DNA of 63,959 nucleotides, counting the filler, from Octopus bimaculoides (Eukaryota), in the NCBI RefSeq assembly GCF_001194135.2. It is 4 parts of 4 records of this genome, joined end to end, with 100 filler letters (N's around TTAATTAATTAA, not from the genome) between each part and the next. Parts side by side here need not be neighbours in the genome. Positions count along the whole stretch, not along the records: positions 1 to 25,140 come from NC_068982.1; 3 more parts are not named here. The stretch is one strand, 5' to 3'. The notes beneath the pieces are model-generated. The model was not told the DNA's origin, made no database searches, and worked only from the letters and a program-made list of their open reading frames with translations. The translations under genes were made by a program, and so were the position numbers. Shown here piece after piece: positions 1 to 11,617 of the stretch. Each line of letters starts with the position of its first letter. Position 1 is the first letter of the stretch.

Positions 1-58
<58 letters not shown>

Positions 59-778
59 ACTCTCTCTTTCTTTCTCTCTTTCTTTCTCTTACTCTTCCTC
101 CCGCTCTCCTTGCTTCACATTTTATATTTGAAAATTAAAAGGTTTCATAATAAAGTTCTCAATGAATATATTCAAGAATCATTTAAATGAAAATGTATAA
201 TTATGGTGCAGTAAGGACACAAACTGCAGAATTTTCTTTATGAATTCTACAGTTTAGAGATTCATGCAAGAACACGAAGCCTCTTAAATCAAGACACACA
301 CAAGCGCCTAAAGCGAATAATACACAAATACTCTATGAACACACACTCATACATACATGCATTCGGGCACGCATTATCTTGTACACGTATGCAAACAAAT
401 TAAAAGCACTCACAAGCACAAGTGCACGCAAACACGAGAATATGCCTACACGGCTGTCCGCATTAATGAAAAAAACATACGAATACAGAATAGCCCACAC
501 AAACTAAAGAGGGGTCCTCTGTGTGTCGGCTTTAACAAAATAGAAATAACAGCCAAATTTTTCTGTGCCCACATATTACCGTGTTACAGAAAAGAAGGGC
601 ATATTGAATGATATTGTTCCAGATATAGAAAATGTCGAGAAGGTTATGATTAGAATGCCCTTGATTATAGGTGATCATGATCAGATTAGCTTAGGATTAA
701 ACAAGAATGACTGCATATACATTTTGTCACACGTATATAAGCTATGTATACAAATGCAAAGTGGCGTATATGTATATG

Positions 779-829
<51 letters not shown>

Positions 830-1031
830 NNNNNNNNNNNNNNNNNNNNNNNNNNNNNNNNNNNNNNNNNNNNNNNNNNNNNNNNNNNNNNNNNNNNNNN
901 NNNNNNNNNNNNNNNNNNNNNNNNNNNNNNNNNNNNNNNNNNNNNNNNNNNNNNNNNNNNNNNNNNNNNNNNNNNNNNNNNNNNNNNTATAAGTATGTAT
1001 ATATGTGTGTGTGTGTGTGTATGTGTGTGTA

Positions 1032-1941
1032 TACTAGCTGACGTACCCAGTAATTCCCGGGAAAGCGGGGCTTATCCCTTGGTTCCGTTCTCATAATTGT
1101 TTCGCGAATCCAATAACAACAATACAAAGTATATAGCCCTTATAACGGTTTTTGTGCATTTTCAGAGAATACTGAACTGTCTTACACAGTATTTTGTTTT
1201 TAGGAATTCCCAATAAATTATGTACTAACATGAGATTAGATACCCGATACTAAGAATTCAAATAAAGTAGCCCTGAAAAGGGTTTTAATGCGTTCCCAGA
1301 GTATATAGAACATAGGAGGAAATACTAATAAGGTATGTATGCTAAATCGTGAAGCATGTTACATAATAACAGGCTAATCAGATATGAGATAACAATTCAA
1401 AGTAAATAATTTTGATAAGGGCTTTTGTGCGTTCCCAGAGAATATTACCCTCAGAGGCGCTAGCGTTGGTATATTCGTGAATGAGTCACTTACCGAAATA
1501 AGTGGATTTATTGTTTAGGAAAATATTATTTACTTGTTTAAGGGTTGTTGGCACTCCGTCGCTTACGACGTCGAGGGTTCCAGTTGATCCGATCAACGGA
1601 ACAGCCTGCTCGTGAAATTAACGTGCAAGTGGCTGAGCACTCCACTGACACGTGTTGTTTAAGGGTTGTACTGGATAAATTGCGAAAATAACTCTAACAG
1701 TTCAAATACCAAGAAATAAGCATACTCAATTTCATTTTTACCAAATAATTTAGGAAAATGAATGAGTTAAGGATCCCTATTATCGATTTTTTTCAACAAT
1801 CTCAGCATGCTATGAGGTTTCCAGACATTAGTTCTACTCTCGTGTCAAGTTTCATCAAAATCGATAAAACGATGTAGGAGGAGTTAGCTAACAACTCCAC
1901 AAACACACCCACAGACAGAATTTCCCACATGTGTAGTAGAT
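1032..1941 (+). mobile_element. Non-autonomous Helitron-like element (Lep1/HINE-type architecture)
   Basis: Starts TACTAGCTGACGTACCCAG...CCCGGG. Contains imperfect internal ~135-bp repeats (TTTTGTGCGTTCCCAGAG-like at ~1150, 1283, 1422). The 3' part reads TGTCAAGTTTCATCAAAATCG...GTAGGAGGAGTT...ACAGACAG...GTAGTAGAT, as in non-autonomous Helitrons (recall-based). Confidence 0.45.
1549..1654 (-). mobile_element. 5'-truncated SINE family C copy with 15-bp target-site duplication
   Basis: Matches the 3' end of the full copy at 60715-61097. Flanked by TTGTTTAAGGGTTGT at 1534-1548 and 1655-1669. Confidence 0.8.
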
Positions 1942-2429
1942 ATATGTAGATGTGTGCGCGCGCGCGTGTAATTTATTACAACTGAATGCTTACCTCACGA
2001 CTCGAGTTTCATGCCACAATAATTTTCAGGCGAGAACTGTTACAATTCAGCTGTGGTATCGTATATATTTGTCGGTGTGGATATGGTTTAATGTTTGTCT
2101 TTGTTCCAATAGTTTACTGATTAGTTGCTATTTTTCTGCCTCTTCATTGACTATCTTTTGGTAAGAATGGTATGTTTTTTATATACTTGCTCATTTCAGA
2201 AATATTAACCTAGTTAAGACAGTGGATGACCTTCTCACGTCCGAATGTACTCGAACGGAAGATCTCACATCTGAGTGTATTAAAAATAGCTTGATACGAA
2301 TACATATTCACACACACACTCACATACGCAGACACACAGGCACACGTACACACTGGCACACATACACACTGGTACACACACGCATACATGCATACATACA
2401 TACATGCATACATACATACATGCATACAT

Positions 2430-2580
2430 GTGCCGTTTATCTTGATATGAGATCACCATGTCGCGCACATATGGTGTGATGCATGTGCCTGGTGTACCCT
2501 TATCAGACAGGTAGTCATGATGGGTATATTGGGCTTCGTATATTTTACCCCAGTGTCACTTTGATGGCATGCACTGCTCT
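2430..2580. repeat. Unclassified interspersed repeat (also at ~44790-45100)
   Basis: The segment ATCTTGATATGAGAT(C/T)ACCATGTCG...CATATGG...TGTGATGCATGTGC...TACCCT is shared between 2438-2500 and 45034-45097. Confidence 0.6.
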
Positions 2581-2600
2581 CGCATACATACATATATACA

Positions 2601-2644
<44 letters not shown>

Positions 2645-3010
2645 TATACGTGCGCACAAATAATTTTTAAGAATTGTCATCTACCAATTATTAGCTTTGG
2701 GAAATATACCTATCAGAGATAAGTTTCATTTTGTAAGTCAGCTGTAGCCACTACGGAATGAACGGAATAATTTTATTGTAATAAAGTGTATGCTGTAGCG
2801 TAGCGTAGTGTTGGAGTGAATGAATAATTTTGTGAGGTAAAGTGTGAATGTGTGAAGTGGGTATGGACAGCATCATATAGACTTCGGATTCAAAAATACA
2901 CAGACATACGCATATTTTTTTATATATGTATGTGTGTATGTATACATATATGCGTGCGTGCATGCATACATACATACATACATACATACATACATACATA
3001 CATACATACA

Positions 3011-3070
<60 letters not shown>

Positions 3071-3076
<6 letters not shown>

Positions 3077-4351
3077 GTCATCCCATAAATAATGCTGCTT
3101 TTCTTCCTTTATTTTTCAAAATTAAGATAAGCAAAGTTGTTGTTTTTTTAATCTAAAATATACTCTCTTTCAATTTCTTCAGTGCTCTTTCATCTATCTG
3201 GTAGACTTGCAAGGCACCTCTTCCAAAATCCATTTGTCTGTAACGCAACGTACTCCTCCAATACTGTTTTGACCTTGTCTACAGAATTCGTATTTTTTCT
3301 GTCCAAATGATTTTGAAGACTACGGAATATATGATAATCAGATGGGGCAATGTCCGGCGAATATGGTTGGTGGGGTATCGTTTCCTATTCAAACTGTTCC
3401 AGCTTTTGGAATGTCGCTGTATGTGGCCGAGATTTATCCTCATGGGAGAACACCTTTCGTCTTGAAACCAAAGACGATTGTTTTTCTTCTAGTTCTGACT
3501 TAAGCTGCTCAAGCTGCTCGCAGTAGATCTCCTTTTTTATCGTTTGGTTTCGGTTTAAAAGTTCAAAACGGACTAAACCTTTCATATCCTACCAAACAGA
3601 TAACAACACTTTACGAGGGTAAAAACCTTCTTTAGCCTGGGATATCGGTGTTTCTCCTTTCTCTACTCACTGTCTTCGGCGCTTGACATTTTTATAGATA
3701 ACCCATTTCTTGTTACCAGTCACTATTCGGTCCAAAAATGGTTCATTTGTGAGACGTGACAGCAAACCAGAGCACACATTCACTCTCTGCGCACGATTAG
3801 ACTTGTAATGTTTGTGAGAAAGACATTCACCCAATTTGCTGACTTTTTCGAAGGCACGCAGGTGTCAATGAGTGGTTGAAGGATTAAATCCAAGCTTCTC
3901 TGCTAGTTACTCAACAGTTACGATGGGATTTTGTTCCACCAGGGTTTGCAGTACGTTCTCGTTCAGCTCTACAGATCTTCCAGGACGAGGCTCGTCTTCT
4001 AGGCTGTAATTTCCGGCTCGGAATTTTTGGAACCACCGTTGAAACTGGCTTACGCTTATTGTCCGATCCCCACATACTGCATTAATATTTCTCGCATTTT
4101 CGTGCGTTGTTTCCTTTATTGAACTCAAAGCAAAATATGCCTAATATGCTCCTTTATCACTTCCATTATAGCTTTGAAAAAATAACTGTTAAAATCGAAC
4201 TGCACTCTTCAAAACTTGCACTAAGAATAAGGACAAGGTAAAATTACCACCTGCTTTTATAGCAAGTTGAGGCTGGTAGTTTATCTTGTGCCCCTCCGAC
4301 TTTTAGTTCATGCAATTGAAAATACTGCATTATTTACGGGATGACACAATA
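3071..4351 (-). mobile_element. Full-length degenerate mariner (DD34D) transposon
   Basis: TIRs TATTTGGTCATCCCATAAATAATGC and its reverse complement at 4327-4351 match at 22/25, with TA flanks. Minus-strand remnants: HTH (QRWFQKFRAGNYSLEDEPRPGR), catalytic region (FELLNRNQTI...YCEQL; HEDKSRPH) and PYSPDIAPSDY. Stops and frameshifts present. Confidence 0.9.
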
Positions 4352-4595
4352 TATACACATATTTAAATACACATATGCATACGCATGCATATATATGCAT
4401 GTGTTTATATATTTATGTGTATGTAATGTAAAAGTATCTATAAATCGTGGTAAAAACAGTGGGTTACCATCCAGTATGAACTAGGCTTGTACAGAAAACA
4501 CAAATGAATCGCTCATTGATAAAGTTTATTAATCAATACATCAAAAACACTTCGTCCCATATCGAGATTGGACAGAAAATTCTGATAAGATGACG

Positions 4596-5478
4596 TATGT
4601 GTTCTGATCAATAAGTATCCGAATTGTTGCCATAGTAACAAAGCTAAAGCACGCAGAGTAAAGCCGCTCTGCACAGATTGATCTTCAACTCTGTTGTGCA
4701 TGTGCACTAAGTGTTAACATTCTAGCTCACTTCCTCTGTTTACAGCAGTGCTTGGAGGGAAGGTGTGTAACGTAAGATCGTCGCATTGACAATGACAGAG
4801 AAAGTTGGACAGAGAATCGGCGTCAAATTTTGCCAAAAGCTTGGTGATACCAGTTCAGAGGCCAATGCAAAGTTTTCAGAAAATTTTCATCATTCTCGAC
4901 ACAATTAAGGAGTTCCTGCGCAACTGAAACCCGAGTGTCATTTTGGTCAGCTGAAAGTTGTTTTCGCACAAACTTGGCAGACATGCGTCTCATACCCATA
5001 TCTTCAGTGATAATGGACTGAACTGAACCGTAACTAATCTGCACATCCACTGATAACTTACGGATGGTGATTCGACGATTTCCCTCACAGCTGCACGTAC
5101 ATCTGCGATATTTTTCTCAGTTCTGTTGGTTGCAGGTCTCTCAGAATGTTCGACAATATCGACAGATTTTCGGCCATCTTGGAAACGTCTGAAACACTCG
5201 TACACTTTTGCTTAGTTCATACACTCCTCTCTATACACTTTCTACAACTTTGCGTAGGCCTCTGAGCTGGTATCGCCGTGACAAGTTTCTCTGTCATGGT
5301 CAATGACACACCTTCCTTCCAAGCACTGCTGTAAACAGAGGAAGTGAGCTAGAACCTTAAAACTTACTGCGCATGCACAGCAGAGTTCAAGGTCAATCTT
5401 TGCCTAGCGGCTGTACTCTGCGTGCTTTAGCTTTGTTACTATGGCAACAGTTCGGATACTTATTGATCAGACCTCGTA
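4596..5478 (-). mobile_element. Rearranged mariner derivative with ~280-bp inverted arms
   Basis: The minus-strand copy starts TACGAGGTCTGATCAATAAGTATCCGAAC (5478) and encodes YECFRRFQDGR...MRRMSAKFV...ENDENFL. It then joins an inverted copy of the same 5' end (4596-~4880). TA at both ends. Confidence 0.85.
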
Positions 5479-5559
5479 TGCTATATAACTATAGTTCACA
5501 AGCATCAAATGTTGTTTATTAGAAAGAATTATGCAAAAAAATTGAGTGGGAACTGACTT

Positions 5560-5627
<68 letters not shown>

Positions 5628-5799
5628 AGAGAGAGAGAGAGAGAAAGAGAGTGAGTGAGTGAGTGAGTGAGTGAGTGAGAGAGAGAAAAAGAGATACACA
5701 CGCGCATTGTAAACTATTTCAAAAGTAAAATATTGCAAATAACATCAATTTATAATTCATATAATTTTCTATTTTGACATTATTTCATGATTTCTGCAG

Positions 5800-6297
5800 A
5801 TTTGTCAAGCGACCAAATATCTCCACGACCAAAACATCACACATCGAGATCTTAAGCTGGAGAATCTTCTCTTAGACCAAAGTAACTCAGTAAAGATTAC
5901 AGATTTCAGCTTTGCCAAATTTAATTCGAAACACGATCTCAGTCGAACGTACTGTGGATCGAAATCGTACGCATCTCCAGAAATATTGACTGGAGAACCA
6001 TATGATCCACATAAAGCTGATGTTTGGGCTATTGGTGCTATAATGTACATCATATGTACCGGTAAGATGCCGTTTAACGAAAACAGGGGTTTGAAAAAAA
6101 TCCTTGAAGAACAAAGGAATCTTGTTTTTCCGTGGTTTAGATTTCAACTCTCCGAAAGTTTTCAAAAGTTAATATGTTGTATATTTACTTATAATTATAT
6201 AAAGAGACCCTCGATTGAAGTTATACTCGAAAACGAATGGCTCAAAGAGAAAAACAGTTCACTTCAATCTCTGCCTGATAATGATAAGGATTTGTAG
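5800..6297 (+). CDS. TSSK: TSSK-family kinase, terminal coding exon (subdomains VI-XI)
   Basis: A TTTCTGCAG| phase-0 acceptor precedes ICQATKYLHDQNITHRDLKLENLLLD...KITDFSFAK...SRTYCGSKSYASPEILTGEPYDPHKADVWAIG...GKMPF, ending at TAG 6295-6297. HRD, DFS, SPE and DVW motifs are intact. Confidence 0.92.
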   Translation: MCQATKYLHDQNITHRDLKLENLLLDQSNSVKITDFSFAKFNSKHDLSRTYCGSKSYASPEILTGEPYDPHKADVWAIGAIMYIICTGKMPFNENRGLKKILEEQRNLVFPWFRFQLSESFQKLICCIFTYNYIKRPSIEVILENEWLKEKNSSLQSLPDNDKDL

Positions 6298-6457
6298 TGG
6301 GAAAAGGGGTTACAAATAGCATCTTCTTCCCACTCTACAAACTCCACCCCTATTATTCCACATTCGAATTCTGAACACTCCTTAATTGTTTGGGATTTAT
6401 TTGTGACCATTTCTTCTCCATCCCTCTCTTCTTCTTCTTCTTCTTCTTCTTCTTCTT

Positions 6458-6525
<68 letters not shown>

Positions 6526-6578
6526 GCTACTACTACTGCTACCTCGTCTAGCTATCTAATGAGATGTTTATTTTTTTA

Positions 6579-6618
6579 AATAAAAACGAACAAGAACAGA
6601 AAACAAATAAAAAATAAA
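6579..6618 (+). terminator. Candidate polyadenylation signals of the TSSK terminal exon
   Basis: AATAAA occurs at 6579, 6606 and 6613, about 280-320 nt after the stop codon, with T/GT-rich sequence downstream. Confidence 0.45.
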
Positions 6619-6846
6619 TGGTTTATTATAATAAAAAATATGTATATTATTATTCAGTAGTCGTTTTTATCACATGCTTTCATAGCGCTACATAGCTCAG
6701 TTCTGTGTGCCTTGAGTATGTGCTATAGTTTGTTTTGTTGCTGTTATTTTTTGCAAGTGACTAATTTCAAGAGTATAAAACTATTTATGATACATTTCTA
6801 AATCACTGAGAGAGATTTATACAGTAGTAACACGATAAAGTGGTGT

Positions 6847-7054
6847 TATGTTGTCAACTTAACGTGACAGTTCAATGAAAGGGAAGAATACTACTGCTAT
6901 TTAGCCCTAGGAAGCACCAGGAGCTTATCTCCCCCTTTGTAAACATAAGGACACAGGAAATGTGTCAAGGCCGACAGGAAGCGGTGCTTCCTAGGGTTAA
7001 ATAGCAGTAGTATTCTTCCTTTTCATGGGACTGTCACATTAAGTTGACAACATA
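6847..7054. repeat. Foldback/MITE-like inverted repeat (72-bp arms)
   Basis: 6847-6918 (TATGTTGTCAACTTAA...CCTAGGAAGCACC) is the near-perfect reverse complement of 6983-7054, with a 64-bp spacer. Confidence 0.85.
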
Positions 7055-7089
7055 CCAAAACTGTTCTCCATTATATATGAAGAAAATTA

Positions 7090-7285
7090 AGGCGGTGAGC
7101 TTGCAGAATCGTTAGCACGCCGGACGAAATGCTTAGCGGTATTTCGTCCGTCGCTATGTTCTGAGTTCAAATTTCACCGATATCGACTTTGCTTTTTATC
7201 CTTTCGGGACACTGGGGTCGATGTAATCGATTAGTCCCCTACCCCCGAATTTCAGGCCTTGTGCCTTCAGTAGAAAGGATTATAT
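7090..7285 (+). mobile_element. SINE family A copy (tRNA-derived head)
   Basis: AGGCGGTGAGCTTGCAGAATCGTTAGC...GAGTTCAAAT (B-box-like)...GGGGTCGAT...TAGAAAGGATTAT. Many homologues elsewhere in the window. Confidence 0.8.
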
Positions 7286-7446
7286 ATGAAGAAAATTGCC
7301 ATAGCAATTCACGAAATTTAGAAAACCACCGTTTTATATATGTACAATTTCGAAAGCCATTTTGCCGGGTTTAGTTCTGAATGGTAGTGAAGCTGAAACA
7401 AAAAAATCCTAACTCAGACAAAGTAGTAGTAGTAGTAGTCGTAAAT

Positions 7447-7888
7447 ATTCTTCTCTACTCTAGGCGCAAGGCCCGAAATTTTGGGGGAGGAGGCCAGTCG
7501 ATTAGATCGATCCCAGTACACAACTGGTATTTAATTTATCGACTCCGAAAGGATGAAAGGCAAAGTCGACCTCGGCGGAATTTGAACTCAGAACGTAAAG
7601 ACAGACGAAATACCGCAAAGCATTTCGCCCGACGTGCTAACGTTTCTTGTTTCTTATTTCTTTATTGCCCACAAGGGGCTAAACATAGAGGGGACAAACA
7701 AGGACAGACAAAGGGATTAAGTCGATTACATCGACCCCAGTGTATAACTGGTACTTAATTTATCGACCCCGAAAGGATGAAAGGCAAAGTCGACCTCGGT
7801 TGAATTTGAACTCAGAACGTAACAGCAGACGAAATACCGCGAAGCATTTCGCCCGGCGTGCTAACGTTTCCGCCAGCTCACCGCCTTA
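7447..7888 (-). mobile_element. Two stacked SINE family A copies
   Basis: The reverse complement of the family A core (CGACCCCGAAAGGATGAAAGGCAAAGTCGACCTCGG...TTTGAACTCAGAACGTAA) occurs twice. Confidence 0.8.
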
Positions 7889-7894
7889 GTAGTA

Positions 7895-10690
7895 GTAAAT
7901 ATTGAAGCAAGCAGGCACCACAGATACAGCTCCCATAAATAGTAATATTTACGAAGATTACCAAAGGTTTCTTTCAAAACGTAGAGAATTTTGTTTTCAA
8001 AACGTACAGAATCTGATCAAAACGTACAGAATATTACTGAAGCCCCCAAATACAGTCAAAACGAACTTTTTATACATTTTTCTATTTGGAAAACATTTAT
8101 TGAAACGTTGAATGTTTGGACATCAAAAAGAAAAATCATCTTCGCGAGGAGGTTCTCTGTTGTATCAATTTTTTTCAAATAATATTTAACAAAGTCATTC
8201 ATCCGGCTCCCACGTCGTACATTCGGTATTTCGTAACAATGTTTTCGACCTCATAAGAGCATTAAGCGTAGAAGTTTTCAAGCAATTTCGATTTTTAGTT
8301 TTGATATTGTGGAAAACAGAGAAAATTCTTTCTGACGATGCAGAGGTGTGTGGTAAAGAATGAAGATTGAGCATGAAGATGTAAATAGTGGACAGCGGTA
8401 CTCATCACCACATTTCTCTTGTGAAACAGCAAACCAAGATTTTTCTGGCTCGTTATATGGGATGAAAGAACAACTTTGAACCGAATAATTTCTTCGAAAT
8501 CTTTTTCATCACAAAGACTTGGGAATCGCATGATAAGTGATATAATTGACCTTGGCCTTCTTTTAATTATGTTGGTTGGGTCCAAGGCCTCTAGTAATCC
8601 CAAATTGTTCTGCATATCGCTAGACGAAAACCGCACGAACATTTGATTTGAAAGACTAACAAAGAATCGTAGTATATTCTGTCGGAAAATCAACAATTCA
8701 TCAGGGACAATAGTGGTAGCATTTTCGTATAAAATTCTCTCAGCTACAGCGCCAAAGTAGATACAATCTAATGGTTGGTGTGTCATTGCATTGTTGACAT
8801 TAATATCATACACATTGATGACAGAAAGTAAGTCAGGTCTGATAAAATTGCTCAAAACTCCCTTCATTCCAGCGTTGATGACTCTTTTAAGCTTATACAT
8901 CCGATAGCCTTCGGCCTGGAATTCCAGATCAAGTTTATTAACGTCGTTTAAAATGAAAGAGAGAAATGTTAAATACATCTTTATAAGAGGATTCTTCATT
9001 TCAGTGAGAATTCGTCGAGCCGTAATCGGACACCCACCCTCTAATGTTGCTTGTGTGAAATATGCCAGCAATGTCGGCCACTGCTCTAAAATGCGCTGCA
9101 CAACTTGCTTGAGAGGCAGCCATCTAGTGCAACTTGCATGCAGGATTTTGTGAGTATCAATTGAAGCTATTTTCTGCAAATCTTTGAATTCATTGATACG
9201 TTTAGAACTGTGACTAAAGTATGCATAAATACTTCTTATCAATTCTTCGACAGAATTCGGTAATTCATTGCACACGTTTGGTGAACATAAGTGTAAAGAA
9301 TGACAAACACAGGCTTGCACAAAAAGATCTGGCCTGTTCTGCTTCAACAAGTGCTGAACGCCTCTTTTGCTTCCCATCATAACATTTGCATTATCACAGG
9401 TGAAACCTATCAAATTTTCCAGAGGAATAGCGTGTTCGTTTAAAAATGATAGAAGACAGTTGTGCATACTCGTAGTACTACAATCCCGTATTTCTATAAA
9501 TGTAAGAAAATCGTCGACTGCCTTTTGAATTTCAACGTCATAATATCTGGAAGCCAGGACAAGTTGTTTTAGTGTTGAAACATTAGTTGTTTCATCAATA
9601 ACGAGTGAGAATTTTGATGAATGGAGTTTTTTTAATAAAGTGTTGAAGCCGTAGGGGCCAATGGCCTTAAGAAAGATGTATGTGCCTTTCGTTCGTGCAC
9701 ACTTTGCATCCTGGGCGATTTTAGAATCAGGACAGGCGTTTGCAACAAGGCCAGGTAAGTGGTCCAAAATCGAAATTGGGAGATTATGCTCAGCAATAAA
9801 TGCTCAGTATTTTAATTCAGCAGCTGCTACTTTCTTGGAATGTGAAGAAAACGATGAGGCCTCGAAATAATTGGTCAACTTTTTTGCTTTATTTGTTTCA
9901 TTTGCATTCTTGCGGTGTTTTCCTATCTGCTCATGTCGTAAAATTTGGCTCAAACTACCGGCAATTTCACACTTGCATAATATGCATTTGCCTTTAGCTG
10001 TATTGTTCTTGCCTCTCTACCAACTAGAAACTTTTTCATCGCACAACAATTTTTGCGGAAGTTTCCTATCATACGAAGCCCATCTAACCTTCTTATCTGG
10101 TACTTTAAGTTCATTATCAGAGAAATGTTCCGTTTTCAAAGTTCTATCACTTATATCTTACTCCAGTTATAGTTTTGTAAGATTTATTTGAATTAATCAA
10201 ATTATTAAACACATTAAATACCGTTTAAAATCCGGGTTAAGAAATCTATGCTTGTGTTCAGACTGATACGGCAGGATTGTATAAATAAGCACTGTAAAAT
10301 TGAGTCTAATTTATCAAACTTAAAAAAAAAAATAATCACTTACCTTCAGTCTGTGAGTAAACTTCTTGTGTTAAGACAGCTATGGCGTAGCAAACAGGAC
10401 GTATATGCATTCACCCAAAATTACAGACGCCCTTGATCTCATTAGTCAACGCGTGCCTGCATGCAGCCGCGTTTGCGAAAGCAGACCGGACGTACTTTTA
10501 TTTTTAATAAGCTCACAAACACGCATATGTGAAGAACCAATCAATCAATGCGCCAAAACCTGAATTTAAAAAACCAATAGCAGCATCACTAAAACGTACA
10601 GCAAATTCTCCTGAACGTACAAGACATCAAAATTTTGGCCAAAACGTACAGTTTTGTGCGAACGTAGTCATTGGCAGTAATTTACTGAAT
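7895..10690 (-). mobile_element. hAT-superfamily DNA transposon (degenerate)
   Basis: Contains a hAT transposase pseudogene and clusters of AAAACGTACAG subterminal motifs at 7975-8035 and 10591-10667. TIRs are not clearly resolved, so boundaries are approximate. Confidence 0.7.
8195..10190 (-). pseudogene. hAT transposase pseudogene (ZBED/ZNF862-like)
   Basis: N-terminal zinc finger (KCILCKCE...LRHEQIGKH), then AFIAEHNLP, SLVIDETT (D), TCDNANVM (D), CVCHSLH (CxxH) and TRWLP. The frameshifted C-terminus reads LPHTSASSERIFS (E; dimerisation domain) to TGA at 8195-8197. In-frame stops lie upstream of the 490-aa ORF. Confidence 0.9.
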
Positions 10691-10984
10691 GAAAAAAAGT
10701 ATATATAGTTTTTGTTTCAGTTTTACTAATAAAATGTTTGAAATACCTGAAGATCAATTGTATTACCTGGAGTCCTCAAACATTTTCAATTGTATATGCA
10801 GTTTTGGTAAACAATCATTCCCCGTCGTTGTTTATACAGTAAAATGGCGACCCATGAGATAGCGGGAAGAGGTGTTAGCCACAGTGGTGGTAGCAATCTC
10901 AGTATCGAACGTTCTCACAAAAAAAAAAAGGTGTTAGCAATTACAAATACAAAGACTTGCATTAAAAACAAACATTAATATTAA

Positions 10985-11156
10985 ACAAGCGCAAACGTGA
11001 CTGTGCGGCAAGTAGTTTGCTTTCTGGCCATATGGTCCCGGATTCAGTCCCACTACGTGACATTTTGAGCAGGTGTCTTCCACTATAGCCTCGGTTCCGA
11101 CCAAAGCCTTGTGAGTAAATTTGGTAGACAGAAACTAAAAGCCCGTCACGCACACA

Positions 11157-11204
<48 letters not shown>

Positions 11205-11215
11205 TACACACGTAT
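10985..11215 (+). mobile_element. SINE family B, 5' part
   Basis: GCGCAAACGTGACTGTGCGG...GGTCCCGGATTCAGTCCCACT...CCAAAGCCTTGTGAGT...TTGGTAGACAGAAACT, running into the internal microsatellite. Confidence 0.7.
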
Positions 11216-11617
11216 ATGTATCTGGTGCGTGTGTGTGAGTGTGTGCATATATATATATATATATNNNNNNNNNNNNNNNNNNNNNNNNNNNNNNNNNNNN
11301 NNNNNNNNNNNNNNNNNNNNNNNNNNNNNNNNNNNNNNNNNNNNNNNNNNNNNNNNNNNNNNNNNNNNNNNNNNNNNNNNNNNNNNNNNNNNNNNNNNNN
11401 NNNNNNNNNNNNNNNNNNNNNNNNNNNNNNNNNNNNNNNNNNNNNNNNNNNNNNNNNNNNNNNNNNNNNNNNNNNNNNNNNNNNNNNNNNNNNNNNNNNN
11501 NNNNNNNNNNNNNNNNNNNNNNNNNNNNNNNNNNNNNNNNNNNNNNNNNNNNNNNNNNNNNNNNNNNNNNNNNNNNNNNNNNNNNNNNNNNTATATATAT
11601 ATATATATATATATATA

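Noticed and set aside
565-1127. ORFs spanning N gaps and (TA)n/(TG)n, here and throughout the track
   Set aside because: They are open only because Ns and dinucleotide repeats lack stop codons.
8295-9767. 490-aa ORF as a domesticated ZBED/ZNF862-like host gene
   Set aside because: In-frame stops separate it from the zinc finger, frameshifts cut off the catalytic E and dimerisation domain, and subterminal repeats remain. It is a transposon pseudogene.
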